Assembly: GCA_965261735.1 (NCBI GenBank)
Contig: OZ253470.1
Span: 2,432,001-2,496,000 of the forward strand
DNA length: 64,000 nucleotides
Direction: 5' to 3'
From: Alphaproteobacteria bacterium
Lineage (GTDB): Bacteria > Pseudomonadota > Alphaproteobacteria > SHVV01
Shown here: positions 12,724-25,590 of the stretch, in pieces
Layout: each line of letters starts with the position of its first letter
How positions within the stretch are numbered: position 1 is the first letter of the stretch
Made by a program: the position numbers and the translations under genes
Notes under the pieces: model-generated
Told to the model about the DNA's origin: nothing
Databases searched by the model: none
Seen by the model: the letters and a program-made list of their open reading frames with translations, nothing else

Positions 12724-13359
12724 TCAGACCTCGACACCGCCCGTTGATTCGTGATGACCCTGTACCGACGCGGCAGCGTTCGCGTACTCCGCGCTCGCAT
12801 CGAGGAGCCAGGCCGCCAGATGGCGCGCAAAGGAGCAGCGCACGTAGAGGCGATAAGTGGGCGCGTCGGCGGTCTGCTGGAGGATGATTTGCGCGTGGGC
12901 CACCAGAGTCTGCGCGCATCGGCCGGCGGTAAACGCGCGCGGATGTAGGTCGAGGCTGCAGCCCTTGGCGAGCACGGCCCGTATTCGCGCCCCGCCGGTT
13001 TCGATGATCGTGCGGTTGGCCGAGACGTCGACGATGGAGGCGTGGCGCCCTTCGAGGGCGGTGCACAGGTCGGCTTCGAGCGCAGCCTGCTCGCCGTCGG
13101 CGCCGACGATGAGCCACTCATCGGGGCCCAACCATAGGACGCCGCGCGCGCCCGTCGAGACGACCGTATTGGGCCGCTGCGGCGGCGCAACTCCGACGAC
13201 GCTCGCGACCGCATCGCGGAAGCCCGCATCGCCGGCGTCGCCGCGCAGGTTGATCTGGGCCCGGAAAGAGATTTCGCGCAAGGTGACGGCGTTGCCGGAG
13301 GCGCCGGCCAAGGCGTCGTGGAGGGGCGCGAGCGGGCTACGCCTAACCGGCTCAGCCAT
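12724..13359 (-). CDS. soxG: Sarcosine oxidase subunit gamma
   Basis: QINLRG, LWLGPDEWL, DVS...LAKGCSLDLHP, RCSFA..L..WLLDA motifs; overlaps the soxA end. Confidence 0.92.
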   Translation of the reverse strand: MAEPVRRSPLAPLHDALAGASGNAVTLREISFRAQINLRGDAGDAGFRDAVASVVGVAPPQRPNTVVSTGARGVLWLGPDEWLIVGADGEQAALEADLCTALEGRHASIVDVSANRTIIETGGARIRAVLAKGCSLDLHPRAFTAGRCAQTLVAHAQIILQQTADAPTYRLYVRCSFARHLAAWLLDASAEYANAAASVQGHHESTGGVEV

Positions 13360-16300
13360 CGCGCCGCGCTCCGTCGGGATCGTAAAACACCGGCGAGCGA
13401 ATCGTAGCCGCGACGAAGCGCCCGCTGACCGAGGCATGCAGCGTCTCGCCCATGCGCTCCGCGCCCGCCTTGACGAGCGCGAGAGCGATCGAGCGCCCGA
13501 GCGTGGCGCTGTCGTAGCTCGAGCTCACGTGCCCCTCCATGGGCACCGGCCGGCCGAGCGCCCGCGCGGTCTCGAGGTTGCTCGCGGCGATCAGCTGCGC
13601 GCCCTCGGGCAGCACCTGCGCCGGATCTTCGGTCTCCAGGCCGACCAGCTGTTTGCGCCCGGCGCGCGCCGTATCCGGGCGGGCGAGCGAGCGCCGGCCG
13701 ATAAAGTCCTTCTTCTTGGAGACCGCCCACCCCATCCCGAGATCGAGTGGCGTCACGGTGCCGTCGGTGTCCTGGCCGACGATGGGGAAGCCCTTCTCGG
13801 CGCGCAGCACGTGCATCGTTTCCGTACCGTAGGGCGTGATGGCGAAGGCCTCGCCCGCCGCCATCACCGCCCGCCAGACGTGAAGACCATGGTCCCAGGG
13901 AACGTTGATCTCGTAGGACAGTTCGCCCGAGAAGCTGATGCGACAGATCCTGGCCGCGACGCCGGCAACCTCGTGATCGCGCACGGACATGAAGGGAAAT
14001 CTCTCCCTATCGAGCGCAAGGCCGGGCGCCAACGGCGCCAGCACCTCTCGCACGTGCGGCCCGGCAATGGCGATCGTCGCCCACTGTTCGGTCACCGAGG
14101 TGCAATACACCTCGAGCTCGGGCCATTCGGTCTGCAGCCATTCCTCCAACCATTCCAGCACGAGCGCCGCGTTGCCGGTGGTCGTGGTCATCAGAAAGCG
14201 GTTCTCGGCGAGGCGGGTCGTCGTCCCGTCGTCGAACACCATGCCGTCCTCGCCGCACATGAACCCGTAGCGGATGCGCCCGACGGCGAGCGTGGTCCAA
14301 GTGTTGGTGTAGATGCGGTTGAGGAACTCGGCCGCGTCGCGCCCCTGAATGTCGATCTTGCCCAGGGTCGAGGCATCGAGCACGCCGACGCCGGTGCGCG
14401 CGGCAAGGCACTCGCGGTGCAGCGCGGCGCGCATGTCCTCGCCGGGCCGCGGGTAGAACCAGGGGCGCTTCCACTGGCCCACATCCTCGAACTCCGCGCC
14501 CTTCTCGACGTGCCAGTCGTGCATCGGGGTGATGCGGGCAGGGTCGGACAGCGCACCGATGTCGCGCCCCGCTAGCGCCCCGAACGTGACCGGGGTGTAA
14601 GGCGGGCGAAAAGTCGTGGTCCCGACCTCGGCGATCGGACGTGCGCTCGCCTCGGCGACGATGCCGAGCGCATTGATGTTTGCCGTCTTACCCTGATCGG
14701 TTCCGAACCCGGTGAGCGTGTAGCGCTTGACGTGCTCGATCGAGGCGAAGCCCTCGCGCACGGCAAGTCGCAGGTCGGCGGCGGTGGTGTCGTTCTGGAA
14801 ATCGACGAACTGCTTGGCTCGCGCCGCGGGCCAAGCCGGCACCTGCCACAGGGCTCTAATCGGGCCGTGCCGCGGCTCCTCGATCTCGGGCGCAGCGGGC
14901 GCCTCGGCCGGCCCAAACCCGGCGCGCGAGGCCGCGTCGGCGCCCGCCGCGGCGCCGCTCCGCAGGCTCTCGGCGAGGCCGGTGCAACCGGCCAGCGCAC
15001 CCGCGCACTCCTGCGCCCGCCCAGGCGCCGCCGGCCCAAACCCGGCGCGCGCTTCGTCGAACGCGAGTTTGCCCTGGGATTGGCCGAAAAGGTGGACCGC
15101 CGGCGACCAGCCGCCCGACACGGCCATGAGATCGCAGGTGATGTCGCGCTTGTCGCCGTTCAGCTGGCCGTCAGCGCCGAGCCGGGCCACGGATACGGAA
15201 CGGACGCGTTTGGTTCCGCGCGCCGCGACGACGACATGGCCGGCCAACACCTCGATCCCCCGGGCGCGCGCCGCCACCGGGAGATCGGCGTCCGGGTGCT
15301 CGCGGGCATCGACGACGGCCGCCACCTCGGCGCCCGCATCGCTTAGAGCGAGAGCCGTTTCGTAGGCGCTGTCGTTGGTGGTGAACACGACGGCGCGGCG
15401 CCCGGGCAGCGCGCCATAGCGCCTGACGTAGGTCAGTACCGCGCCCGCCAGCATGATACCCGGGCGGTCGTTGTCCGTGAACACCAGCGGTCTTTCGTGC
15501 GCCCCGGTGGCGAGCACGACCTCGCGGGCGCGGATCTGCCACAACCGCTGGCGCGCTGCGTGCGGTCCGCCTTCGCCGTGGTCGGAGCGCCGTTCGAGGG
15601 CGCAGACGAAGTTGTCGTCGTAGTAGCCGAACGCCGTCGTGCGCGCGAGCACGGTGACCTCGGGCATGGCCGCGAGTTGCGCCGCCGCTGCGTCGGCCCA
15701 TTCGGCCGCTGGTAGGCCGTCCACGCTCGCCCCCGAATCGAGGAGGAAACCGCCGGGCTCCGGCTGCTCGTCGACCAGGATCACCCGCGCGCCCGTCGCG
15801 GCCGCCGCACCGGCTGCCGCCAAGCCCGCTGCGCCCGCGCCGACGACGAGGACGTCGCAGTGGGCATACATCTGATCGTAGCGGTCGGGATCGGCGAGGG
15901 TCGGCGCGCGGCCGAGCCCCGCCGCCTTGCGGATCAAGGGCTCGTAGAGGCGCTGCCATAGGTGCCCCGGCGCCATGAAGGTCTTGTAGTAGAAGCCGGC
16001 GACGAGCAGGCCCGACAATAGGCTGGTCGCCGCCAGCGCATCGAACGCGAGGCTCGGCCAGCGATTGACGCTGAGCGCGCGCAAGCCGTCATAGAGCTCG
16101 ACCTCGGTCGCGCGCGCGTTGGGTTCAACACGTCCGCCCGCGCCCACTTGCACGATGGCGTTGGGTTCCTCGACTCCGGCGGCGAGGATGCCGCGCGGGC
16201 GATGGTACTTGATGCTGCGCCCCACCAGGTGGACGCCGTTGGCGATGAGAGCCGAAGCCAGCGTATCGCCCGCGAAGCCCGTGTAGGTGCGGCCGTCGAA

Positions 16301-16381
16301 CGTGAAGTTGAGCGGCCGGCTGCGGTCGATGCGGCCGCCCTGCGCGAGACGGTAGGGCTGGCCGGGCACGACCGTGTTCAT
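13352..16381 (-). CDS. soxA: Sarcosine oxidase subunit alpha
   Basis: GDTLASALIANG..RSIKYHRPRG, HERPLVF..NDRPG, KRYT..GFGTDQGK, TTFRPPY motifs and a GcvT-type C-terminus. Confidence 0.96.
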   Translation of the reverse strand: MNTVVPGQPYRLAQGGRIDRSRPLNFTFDGRTYTGFAGDTLASALIANGVHLVGRSIKYHRPRGILAAGVEEPNAIVQVGAGGRVEPNARATEVELYDGLRALSVNRWPSLAFDALAATSLLSGLLVAGFYYKTFMAPGHLWQRLYEPLIRKAAGLGRAPTLADPDRYDQMYAHCDVLVVGAGAAGLAAAGAAAATGARVILVDEQPEPGGFLLDSGASVDGLPAAEWADAAAAQLAAMPEVTVLARTTAFGYYDDNFVCALERRSDHGEGGPHAARQRLWQIRAREVVLATGAHERPLVFTDNDRPGIMLAGAVLTYVRRYGALPGRRAVVFTTNDSAYETALALSDAGAEVAAVVDAREHPDADLPVAARARGIEVLAGHVVVAARGTKRVRSVSVARLGADGQLNGDKRDITCDLMAVSGGWSPAVHLFGQSQGKLAFDEARAGFGPAAPGRAQECAGALAGCTGLAESLRSGAAAGADAASRAGFGPAEAPAAPEIEEPRHGPIRALWQVPAWPAARAKQFVDFQNDTTAADLRLAVREGFASIEHVKRYTLTGFGTDQGKTANINALGIVAEASARPIAEVGTTTFRPPYTPVTFGALAGRDIGALSDPARITPMHDWHVEKGAEFEDVGQWKRPWFYPRPGEDMRAALHRECLAARTGVGVLDASTLGKIDIQGRDAAEFLNRIYTNTWTTLAVGRIRYGFMCGEDGMVFDDGTTTRLAENRFLMTTTTGNAALVLEWLEEWLQTEWPELEVYCTSVTEQWATIAIAGPHVREVLAPLAPGLALDRERFPFMSVRDHEVAGVAARICRISFSGELSYEINVPWDHGLHVWRAVMAAGEAFAITPYGTETMHVLRAEKGFPIVGQDTDGTVTPLDLGMGWAVSKKKDFIGRRSLARPDTARAGRKQLVGLETEDPAQVLPEGAQLIAASNLETARALGRPVPMEGHVSSSYDSATLGRSIALALVKAGAERMGETLHASVSGRFVAATIRSPVFYDPDGARRDG

Positions 16382-16662
16382 GGATCGGTGAGCGGCGGCC
16401 CGGGCGCGCCGATCTCGTACACAGCCTTGATCTCGTGGGTGGCGGTATCGCGGACGACGTTGAACCAGCGCCGGCAGCCATGGACGTGAACCCAGCGCTC
16501 GGCGTGCAGGCCCCTGGGGTTCTTGCGCATGAACACGTAGTCGGCCCACTCGGCGTCGCTTTGCGCATCCACATCGCGTGGCCGCGCGATGTGCGCCTCA
16601 CCGCCATAGCGAAACTCGATCTCGTCACGAGGACCGCAATAGGGACAGGCGATCAGCAGCAT
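16378..16662 (-). CDS. soxD: Sarcosine oxidase subunit delta
   Basis: MLLIACPYCGPRDEIEF...ERWVHVHGCRRWFN Zn-binding pattern; ATGA overlap with soxA. Confidence 0.95.
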   Translation of the reverse strand: MLLIACPYCGPRDEIEFRYGGEAHIARPRDVDAQSDAEWADYVFMRKNPRGLHAERWVHVHGCRRWFNVVRDTATHEIKAVYEIGAPGPPLTDP

Positions 16663-16672
16663 AACGCGCCGC

Positions 16673-17923
16673 TTAGTGGGCGACGGCGGCGGCGCCGTGC
16701 TCGTCGATGAGGGCGCCCGTGGTGAAGCGATCGAGCGTGAACGGCGCGTTGATCGGGTGCGGCGCGTCGCGGGCGATGGTGTGGGCGAAGGCCCAACCTG
16801 ACCCCGGTGTCGCCTTGAAGCCGCCGGTCCCCCAGCCGCAGTTGAGGTACAGCCCGGCCACAGGCGTCTTGCCGAGAATGGGCGAGGCATCGGGGCAGAC
16901 ATCGACGATGCCGCCCCAGGCGCGCATCATTTTCAGGCGGCTGAAGGTCGGGAACAGCTCCAGGAGCGCCCCCATCTGCCCCTTGATGGTTGGGAGGCTT
17001 CCGCGCTGGGCGTAGGAATTGTAGCTGTCGATGCCGGCGCCGATGACGAGTTCGCCCTTGTCCGACTGGCTGACGTAGACGTGCACCGCGTTCGACATGA
17101 CCACGCAATCGAGTACCGGCTTGATGGGCTCCGACACCAGCGCCTGCAAGGGGTGGCTCTCGATCGGCAGGCGCACATCGGCCATCGCCGCGAGCACCGA
17201 GCTGTGCCCGGCGGCGACGAGGCCGATCTTGCCGGCGGCGATGGGGCCGCGCGTCGTCTCGACCCCGCTCACGCGGTCGCCGCCGCGGCGAATAGCGGTG
17301 ACCTCGCAGTTCTCGATGATGTCGACGCCGCGCGCGTCGGCGGCGCGGGCATAGCCCCAGGCGAGGGCATCGTGGCGGGCGACGCCGCCGCGCCGCTGCA
17401 ACGTGGCGCCCATCACCGGATAGCGGGCATCGGCCGCGATGTTGAGTAACGGGCAGAAGTCCTTGACCCCACCCGGCGTGAGCCACTCGGCATCGACGCC
17501 GTTTAGGCGGTTGGCGTTGACGCGCCGCCGCCCCTCGCGGATGTCGCCGAGGCTGTGGGCGAGGTTGAGCACGCCGCGCTGGCTCAGCATGACGTTGTAG
17601 TTGAGGTCCCGCGACAGGCCTTCCCACAGCTTCAGCGAATGCTCGTAGATGGCAGCGCTCTCGTCCCACAGGTAGTTGGAGCGGATGATGGTCGTGTTGC
17701 GCGCGACGTTGCCGCCGCCGAGCCATCCCTTCTCGAGCACCGCGACGTTGGTGAGGCCGTGCTCCTTGGCCAGGTAGTAGGCGGTCGCGAGGCCGTGACC
17801 GCCGCCACCGACGATGACGACATCGTAGACCGCTTGCGGCTCGGGACTTCGCCACTGGCGCGGCCAGCCGCGGTGACCGGCGAGCGCTTGGCGCGCCAGG
17901 GACAGGATGGAGTGGCGCTTCAT
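16673..17923 (-). CDS. soxB: Sarcosine oxidase subunit beta
   Basis: [53 protein letters not shown] motifs. Confidence 0.97.
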   Translation of the reverse strand: MKRHSILSLARQALAGHRGWPRQWRSPEPQAVYDVVIVGGGGHGLATAYYLAKEHGLTNVAVLEKGWLGGGNVARNTTIIRSNYLWDESAAIYEHSLKLWEGLSRDLNYNVMLSQRGVLNLAHSLGDIREGRRRVNANRLNGVDAEWLTPGGVKDFCPLLNIAADARYPVMGATLQRRGGVARHDALAWGYARAADARGVDIIENCEVTAIRRGGDRVSGVETTRGPIAAGKIGLVAAGHSSVLAAMADVRLPIESHPLQALVSEPIKPVLDCVVMSNAVHVYVSQSDKGELVIGAGIDSYNSYAQRGSLPTIKGQMGALLELFPTFSRLKMMRAWGGIVDVCPDASPILGKTPVAGLYLNCGWGTGGFKATPGSGWAFAHTIARDAPHPINAPFTLDRFTTGALIDEHGAAAVAH

Positions 17924-17924
17924 G

Positions 17925-20366
17925 TCAGTCGGAGACGTCGCGCAGGCGGCGGTTGTCAGGGTCCCACGGCGATTCGGGGACGACCGCCGCCGGCCGCCGA
18001 TCGCCGAGAATCTCGATCTCAACGGCGGTGCCGGGTGCGGCGTGCGGGCTCGCGATATAGCCGAGCCCCAGGCTCTTCTCGAGGCAGTGGCCGTAGGCCC
18101 CCGCGGTCAGGCGGCCGACCATGTGCCCGTCATGATAGATCGGCTCGTTGCCGAGCGCATCGGCATCGCCGGCGTCGACCTCGATGGTGACGAAGCGCCG
18201 CAGCACCCCCCGCTCTTGCTGGCGCAGCAGGGCCTCGCGGCCGATGAAGTCCGGCTTGTTGAGGTTGACGAAGCGGTCGAACGAGGCCTCGAAGGCGGTG
18301 TATTCGGTCGTCAGGTCCTGACCCCACATGCGGTAGGACTTCTCGATCCGGAGCGAGTCCATGGCCCGCATGCCGCACATGCCGATACCGAACTCCGCGC
18401 CCGCATCGACCAGGGCGTCGAACAGGGCACGCTGGTATTCGATGGGGTGGTGGAGCTCCCATCCCAGCTCGCCGACGAAATTGATCCGCAACGCCCGCAC
18501 CGGCGCCATCCCGATCTGGATGTGCCGGCCCGAGAGCCAGGGGAACGCCGCGTTCGACAGGTCGGCATCGGTGAGCTGGGCGAGAACGTCGCGCGCGCGC
18601 GGGCCGACCAGCACTAGGACGCCGTGGCTGGTGGTCAGGTTGTCGATGCGGACGCCGTCACCGTCGGGCAGGTGGCGGCGCAGGTGGTCGCCATCGTGCC
18701 GTTCGGCCGCACCCGAGCTGATCAAGTAGAAGCGGTCGGGCGCATCGCGCATGATGGTGAACTCCGAGCGCACGCCGCCCGCGGGCGTGAGCGCGTGAGA
18801 CAGGTTGACCCGCCCCACCTTTTTCGGCAGCGAGCGCGCCACCAAATGATCGAGATAGGCCTCGGCGCCGGGCCCGGAAACCTCGAACTTGGAAAAGCTG
18901 GTGATGTCGATGATCGCCGCCTTTTCGCGCGCCAGTCGGCATTCGGCGCCGACGTGAGGAAAATAGTTGGAGCGGCGAAAGCTCCACACGTCCTTGCCTT
19001 CGACGCCCTCGGGCGCGAACCAGTTGGGCCGCTCCCAGCCGTAGCGTTGGCCCCACACGGCGCCGCGCGCCGCGAGCTTGTCGTGGATGGGGCTCGTTTT
19101 GGCGGGCCGGGCGGCTGGGCGTTCCTCGTCCGGGTAGTGGATGATGAAGACGTGCTCGTAGGCCTCGACGTCCTTGGCCACCGCATAGGCCTTGCTGGCG
19201 TAAGCGCCGAAGCGGCGCGGGTCGACATCGAGCATGTCGATGCCGGCGTCGCCCTCGACGATCCACTCGGCGAGCTGCCAGCCGGCGCCGCCGGCCGCGG
19301 TAATGCCGAAGCTGTGGCCCTCGTTGAACCAAAAGTTCCTGAGGCCCCAGGCCGGCCCGACCATGGGGCTGCCGTCGGGGGTGTAACAGATCGGGCCGTT
19401 GATCACCTCCTTGACGCCGACCTCGCCGAAGATCGGCACCCGGCGGATGGCCGCGTTGATATGCGGCTCGAGGCGATCGAGGTCGCCTGGCAGCAACTCC
19501 TGGCCGAAGCCCTCGGGCACGCCGTCCACGGCCCAGGTGCGGGCGCCCTTTTCGTACGGACCCAGGATCAGGCCCTGGCGCTCCTCGCGCATGTAGTAGG
19601 ACTCGTCGCTCTCGCGCAGGACGGCGAGCTCGGGCAGCCCCTGCTCGTGCCGTTCGATCAGCGCGGCGTGGGGCTCGCTGACGATGTATTGGTGCTCGAC
19701 CGGGATCACCGGAATGTCGAGGCCTACCATCGCCGCCGTCGCGCGGGCGTAGAACCCCGAGGCGGCGACGACGTGCTCGCAGGCGATGTCTCCCTGGTCG
19801 GTATTGACCGACCACTCGCCGCTCCGTGTTCGCGTAATCCCGCTGACCTCGGTGTCGCGGTAGATCTCGGCACCGCCGTTGCGGGCGCCGGTGGCCATGG
19901 CTTGCGTAACGTCGGCCGGCGCGATGTGGCCGTCGTCGGGGTGGTAGAGCGCGCCGACCAATCCATCCGTGTCGCACAGCGGCCAAAGCTCCCTGATCTC
20001 GTCCGGCGTGATGATCTCGAAGGGCACGCCGATCGTATTCGCGGTACCGCAATACTTATGGTACTCGTCCATGCGCTCGTTGTTGGTTGCGAGGCGCAGG
20101 TTGCCGGTGACGTGGAAGCTCACATCCTGGCCGGTCTCCGCCTCCAGTTTCTTGTAGAGGTCGACGGAATATTTGTGCAGCTGGCCCACGCTGTAGCTCA
20201 TGTTGAACAGCGGCAGGAGGCCGGCGGCATGCCAGGTCGAGCCCGCCGTGAGCTCCGCACGCTCGCACAGCACGACGTCGGACCAGCCCTTCTTCGTGAG
20301 GTGATAAAGGGTACTCACGCCGACGACACCGCCGCCAACCACGACGACACGCGCGTGTTCCTTCAT
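17925..20366 (-). CDS. Dimethylglycine dehydrogenase-like FAD/GcvT-family protein
   Basis: [17 protein letters not shown] (covalent-FAD His), [21 protein letters not shown] motifs; directly upstream of soxB. Confidence 0.9.
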   Translation of the reverse strand: MKEHARVVVVGGGVVGVSTLYHLTKKGWSDVVLCERAELTAGSTWHAAGLLPLFNMSYSVGQLHKYSVDLYKKLEAETGQDVSFHVTGNLRLATNNERMDEYHKYCGTANTIGVPFEIITPDEIRELWPLCDTDGLVGALYHPDDGHIAPADVTQAMATGARNGGAEIYRDTEVSGITRTRSGEWSVNTDQGDIACEHVVAASGFYARATAAMVGLDIPVIPVEHQYIVSEPHAALIERHEQGLPELAVLRESDESYYMREERQGLILGPYEKGARTWAVDGVPEGFGQELLPGDLDRLEPHINAAIRRVPIFGEVGVKEVINGPICYTPDGSPMVGPAWGLRNFWFNEGHSFGITAAGGAGWQLAEWIVEGDAGIDMLDVDPRRFGAYASKAYAVAKDVEAYEHVFIIHYPDEERPAARPAKTSPIHDKLAARGAVWGQRYGWERPNWFAPEGVEGKDVWSFRRSNYFPHVGAECRLAREKAAIIDITSFSKFEVSGPGAEAYLDHLVARSLPKKVGRVNLSHALTPAGGVRSEFTIMRDAPDRFYLISSGAAERHDGDHLRRHLPDGDGVRIDNLTTSHGVLVLVGPRARDVLAQLTDADLSNAAFPWLSGRHIQIGMAPVRALRINFVGELGWELHHPIEYQRALFDALVDAGAEFGIGMCGMRAMDSLRIEKSYRMWGQDLTTEYTAFEASFDRFVNLNKPDFIGREALLRQQERGVLRRFVTIEVDAGDADALGNEPIYHDGHMVGRLTAGAYGHCLEKSLGLGYIASPHAAPGTAVEIEILGDRRPAAVVPESPWDPDNRRLRDVSD

Positions 20367-20554
20367 CCTCCCCCTCCTCGAGCCGCCGACCGGATTGTAG
20401 CCGTCACACCTGTTCGAAGCGGCACATTTATCAGTGTGATTCGAACCCCTCGGGTAGGAGAAGAAATGATACGCGCGACGCGCCGGAGGCGACAAGAGGT
20501 GCGCGAGATGCGCATACAGGTGGGACGACCGCCACCGGCCAGGGTGGGCCGAAA

Positions 20555-21289
20555 GTGACGGCGGCACCGACAAGCTCGATTCGCGGTGTTCTGTTCGACA
20601 AGGATGGCACGCTGGTGGACTTCTTCGCCAGCTGGATCCCGGCCTTCCGGGCCACCGCCGAGGGGCTTGCGAGCGCAGCGGGCCGGCCCGACAGCGCACC
20701 GCAGCTCCTGCGCAGCGGCGGTTACGATCCGGCGACGGGCGCACTCGACCCCGCCTCGCTGCTCGCATGCGGCACCTCCGCCGAGCTCGCCTCATGCTGG
20801 GCGCCGCTCCTCGGGCTCGCCTCGGCTTCGAACCTCGAGTCCCAGCTCAACGCGTTGTTCGCTAAATACGGCGTGACCGACTCCGTCCCGATTGGCGACC
20901 TGCCGGGTTTGTTCGGCCGGCTGCGGGCGCGCGGACTGGCCATGGGTGTTGCCACGTCGGATAGTACCGCCGGCGCGGGCGCCATTCTTGAGCACCTCGG
21001 CATCATTGGCCTGTTGGACCACGTGGCCGGCTACGATAGCGGCACTGGCGTGAAACCGGATCCCCAGATCGTGTTCGCGTTTTGCGCTGCCGTCGGGCTC
21101 GAGCCGCGCCAGGTCGCGGTGGTCGGCGACTCGGTGGTCGACCTCGGCATGGCCCGCGCGGCCGGCGCCGGTCTTGCGGTCGGGGTGCTCAGCGGCGTCT
21201 CCGCGAGGGAGTATCTCGCCCCCCTCGCCGACCACGTGCTCGACGACATCGCGACACTTGAAACCGTGCTTGGGCTCGCGGATAGCTGA
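20555..21289 (+). CDS. HAD-family hydrolase (phosphoglycolate phosphatase-like)
   Basis: LFDKDGTL motif I, ATSD, KPDP, VGDS..DL motifs. Confidence 0.9.
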   Translation: MTAAPTSSIRGVLFDKDGTLVDFFASWIPAFRATAEGLASAAGRPDSAPQLLRSGGYDPATGALDPASLLACGTSAELASCWAPLLGLASASNLESQLNALFAKYGVTDSVPIGDLPGLFGRLRARGLAMGVATSDSTAGAGAILEHLGIIGLLDHVAGYDSGTGVKPDPQIVFAFCAAVGLEPRQVAVVGDSVVDLGMARAAGAGLAVGVLSGVSAREYLAPLADHVLDDIATLETVLGLADS

Positions 21290-21358
21290 GAATCGCCGAC
21301 GCGCCGCGGCGGCCGCTCTACCCCTGCCGTCGTCGGCCTTCAGCCGAGTGGCGCGTAG

Positions 21359-22859
<1,501 letters not shown>

Positions 22860-23873
22860 GACTGTTCGACATTGCGGCGCTACCCGATGCGATGGCCGTG
22901 GGCGAGGCCGAGATTGACGGCGATACGTTGGCGCTCCGTTTCGCGCCGGAGGGTCATCGCGGCCGCGTCGACGGCGCCTGGCTGCGCGCCCACCGCTACA
23001 CGGGGGGAGCCCAACGAGAGCGTTACGGCGCGCCGCGCAGGTGGGGGCGTGAGTTAGGCGACGACTTGCCCGTGGCCGAACACGACGCCGTCATCCGGAG
23101 CCAGGCGGAGATGGGGCGCTGGCTCGGCTTAATTCGCGCCTACGGCTTCAGCATACTGCGCGGCGTCCCGAGGGTGCCGGGCGAGGTCGCCCGGGTAGCG
23201 GAGCGGTTCGGTTTCGTGCGCGAGACCAATTTCGGCCGCATCTTCGAGGTGGTCGCCAAGCCGGCCGCGAACGATCTCGCCTTCACCCGCCTTGCGCTCG
23301 GTCCCCACACCGACAACCCCTACCGCGACCCGGTGCCGGGACTGCTGTTGCTGCATTGCCTGGCCTCGGGGGCGAGTGGCGGGATATCGCTCGTCGTCGA
23401 CGGGTTTCGCGCCGCCGAGCGGCTGCGCGCCGAAGCGCCGGAGCGCTTCGCCTTGCTCGCGAGCCACGAGGTGCCGTTTTGGTTTCGCGACGCGGACTAC
23501 GATATCCAGACCAGCGCACCCATCGTGACCGTCGATCACGGCGGGGCGGTAACGGCCATCCGTTACAGCAACCGCACGGGCGCACCCTTCGACGTGCCCG
23601 CCGATACGATGGCGGCCTTCTACGACGCCTATCGCCACTTCGGCCGCCTGCTCGCGGACGCCGAGGCCCAGGTCACCTTCCGCCTCGACCCCGGCGATCT
23701 CCTCATCCTCGACAACCGGAGGGTCCTGCACGGGCGTCGCGAGTTCGCCGCCGATGGGGCGCGCCGTCTGCAGGGCTGCTACGCGGATCGCGATGCGCTC
23801 GATTCACGGTGGCGAAAGATCGCGGCCGCATGATGGCGTCGTCCGGGTGGCGAGAAGGGCGGCCGTGAGGCGG

Positions 23874-24417
23874 ATGGATTGCATTGACGATCTAGCCGCC
23901 CTCTTCGATTCGCGGGGCGGTGGCGGTGAGGGCTATTTCGGCGAGCCGGTAACGATTACCGAGCATATGCTGCAGGCGGGTGCGCTGGCCGCCGCGGCCG
24001 GGGCTGCGCCGGCCCTCGTCGTTGCCGCGCTGTTGCACGACGTGGGGCACCTGACGCAGCCGGCCGCGGCGCAAGACGATTGGCATCGCGAGCACGATCG
24101 CGTCGGCGCGGAGTGGCTGGGCCGCCACTTCCCGCCCGAGGTGTCCGAGCCGGTCCGCCTTCACGTAGGTGGCCAAGCGCTATCTCTGTGCCGTTGAACC
24201 CGACTATGTGGGGCGCCTGTCGAGTGCTTCGATTCGTACGCTCGAGCTGCAAGGGGCGGCGCTCTCAACAACGGAGGCGGCCGCGTTCGCCGGCCACCCG
24301 CACTGCGACGAAGCCGTGCGCCTGCGCGGCTGGGACGAGGCGGCCAAGGTGCCCGGGCGCGCGGTCGCAACGTTCGCGCATTACGTCCCGCTCGTCGATT
24401 CGCTTTTGGTTTCCTAG
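23874..24417 (+). pseudogene. tmpB: HD-domain diiron phosphonate oxygenase (TmpB/PhnZ-like), +1 frameshift
   Basis: YFGEPVTITEHMLQ, ALLHDVGH, EH..VGA, VRLHV then a frameshift near 24165-24169 into AKRYLCA...LSSASIRTLELQG...WDEAAK, the PhnZ/TmpB signature set. Confidence 0.8.
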
Positions 24418-24454
24418 GGGCTGGACGGCGACCCCCCGATCCGTGGCCTCTTCC

Positions 24455-25543
24455 ATGCCCATCCCGACGACGACCATCGGCGCCTATCCCAAGCCGACCT
24501 ACGTGCCGATCTCCGACTGGTTCGCGGCGCCGGCGACCGAGGAGGCCGCGGCAACTACGCAGCAATACGCGGCGGCCCTGGCCCATGCTCGCGACCGATA
24601 TGAGTCCGCTCTAACTGACGCAGGCGAGAGCGCCGAAGCGCTGTTTGTGCGCGCCACACGCGAGGCGGTGCGCGATCAGGTCGAAGCCGGAATCGATGTT
24701 CCGACCGACGGCGAGGCGCGCCGAGAGAACTACATTCACCCCCACTGCCGCCACGTCGCGGGATTCGATTTCGAGCGCATCGGCGAACGCCTCATGCGCG
24801 GCCATTACGTGGCACGCCTGCCGACCATCACCGGGCCTATCAGCGCGCGCGAGCCCTTCTTGCCCGATGAGTGGCGCATCGCGCAGTCGGTGAGCGAGCG
24901 GCCCATCAAGGTCACCATGCCGGGGCCGATGACGATCGCGGACACGGCGGTAGACGAGCATTACGGCGATCCCGTCACGCTCGGGCGCGATTTGACCACC
25001 GCCCTGAACGCCGAGGTTCTGGCGCTCGCGGCCGCCGGCTGCACCTATATCCAGATCGATGAGCCGGTCATGGCCCGTGCCGCCCAACAGGCGCTCGATC
25101 ACGGGATCGACAACCTGGCGCGCTGCTTCGACGGCGTGCCCGAGGGCGTAACACGCGTCGTGCATGTGTGCCTCGGCTACCCCGACCGCCTCGACAGCAC
25201 CGACTACCCCAAGGCACCGAGGAACGCCTACCTGCAACTCGGCGACGCGCTCGATGCCGCCGGATTCGACCAGATCAGCTTCGAGGACGCGCACCAACCC
25301 AACGATCTCGCCGCGCTGCTGCCGCGTTTCCGCTCCGCTTCGATCGTGCTCGGCGTCGTCGCTATCGCCAAGAGCGAGGTCGAGACGGTGGCGCGTATCC
25401 GCGCGCGCCTCGCGACCGCGCTCGAGCACATCGAGCCGGAGCGGCTGATCGCTGCGCCCGACTGCGGCCTCGGTTTCCTGGGCCGTGACCTGGCGCTCGC
25501 GAAGCTGTGCAACATGACGGCGGCGGCGCGCTCCATGGCGTGA
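24455..25543 (+). CDS. Single-barrel (core) cobalamin-independent methionine synthase family protein
   Basis: TTTIGAYPKP, TDGE.RRE.Y, IQIDEP, Zn ligands HVC / E / PDCGLG; lacks the MetE N-terminal barrel. Confidence 0.88.
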   Translation: MPIPTTTIGAYPKPTYVPISDWFAAPATEEAAATTQQYAAALAHARDRYESALTDAGESAEALFVRATREAVRDQVEAGIDVPTDGEARRENYIHPHCRHVAGFDFERIGERLMRGHYVARLPTITGPISAREPFLPDEWRIAQSVSERPIKVTMPGPMTIADTAVDEHYGDPVTLGRDLTTALNAEVLALAAAGCTYIQIDEPVMARAAQQALDHGIDNLARCFDGVPEGVTRVVHVCLGYPDRLDSTDYPKAPRNAYLQLGDALDAAGFDQISFEDAHQPNDLAALLPRFRSASIVLGVVAIAKSEVETVARIRARLATALEHIEPERLIAAPDCGLGFLGRDLALAKLCNMTAAARSMA

Positions 25544-25590
25544 CGATTGGCGCTTGATTGCGGGCGCGCCGTGCCGCAACGTGCGGAGTG

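Noticed and set aside
20405-20450. Imperfect inverted repeat (GTTCGAA...TTCGAAC) upstream of the DMG-dehydrogenase-like gene as a riboswitch or tRNA fragment
   Set aside because: No glycine/THF riboswitch consensus or cloverleaf could be built.
12857-20558. Long + strand ORFs (572 aa, 644 aa and others) opposite the sox and DMG-dehydrogenase-like genes
   Set aside because: Antisense shadow ORFs typical of high-GC coding DNA; no recognisable motifs.
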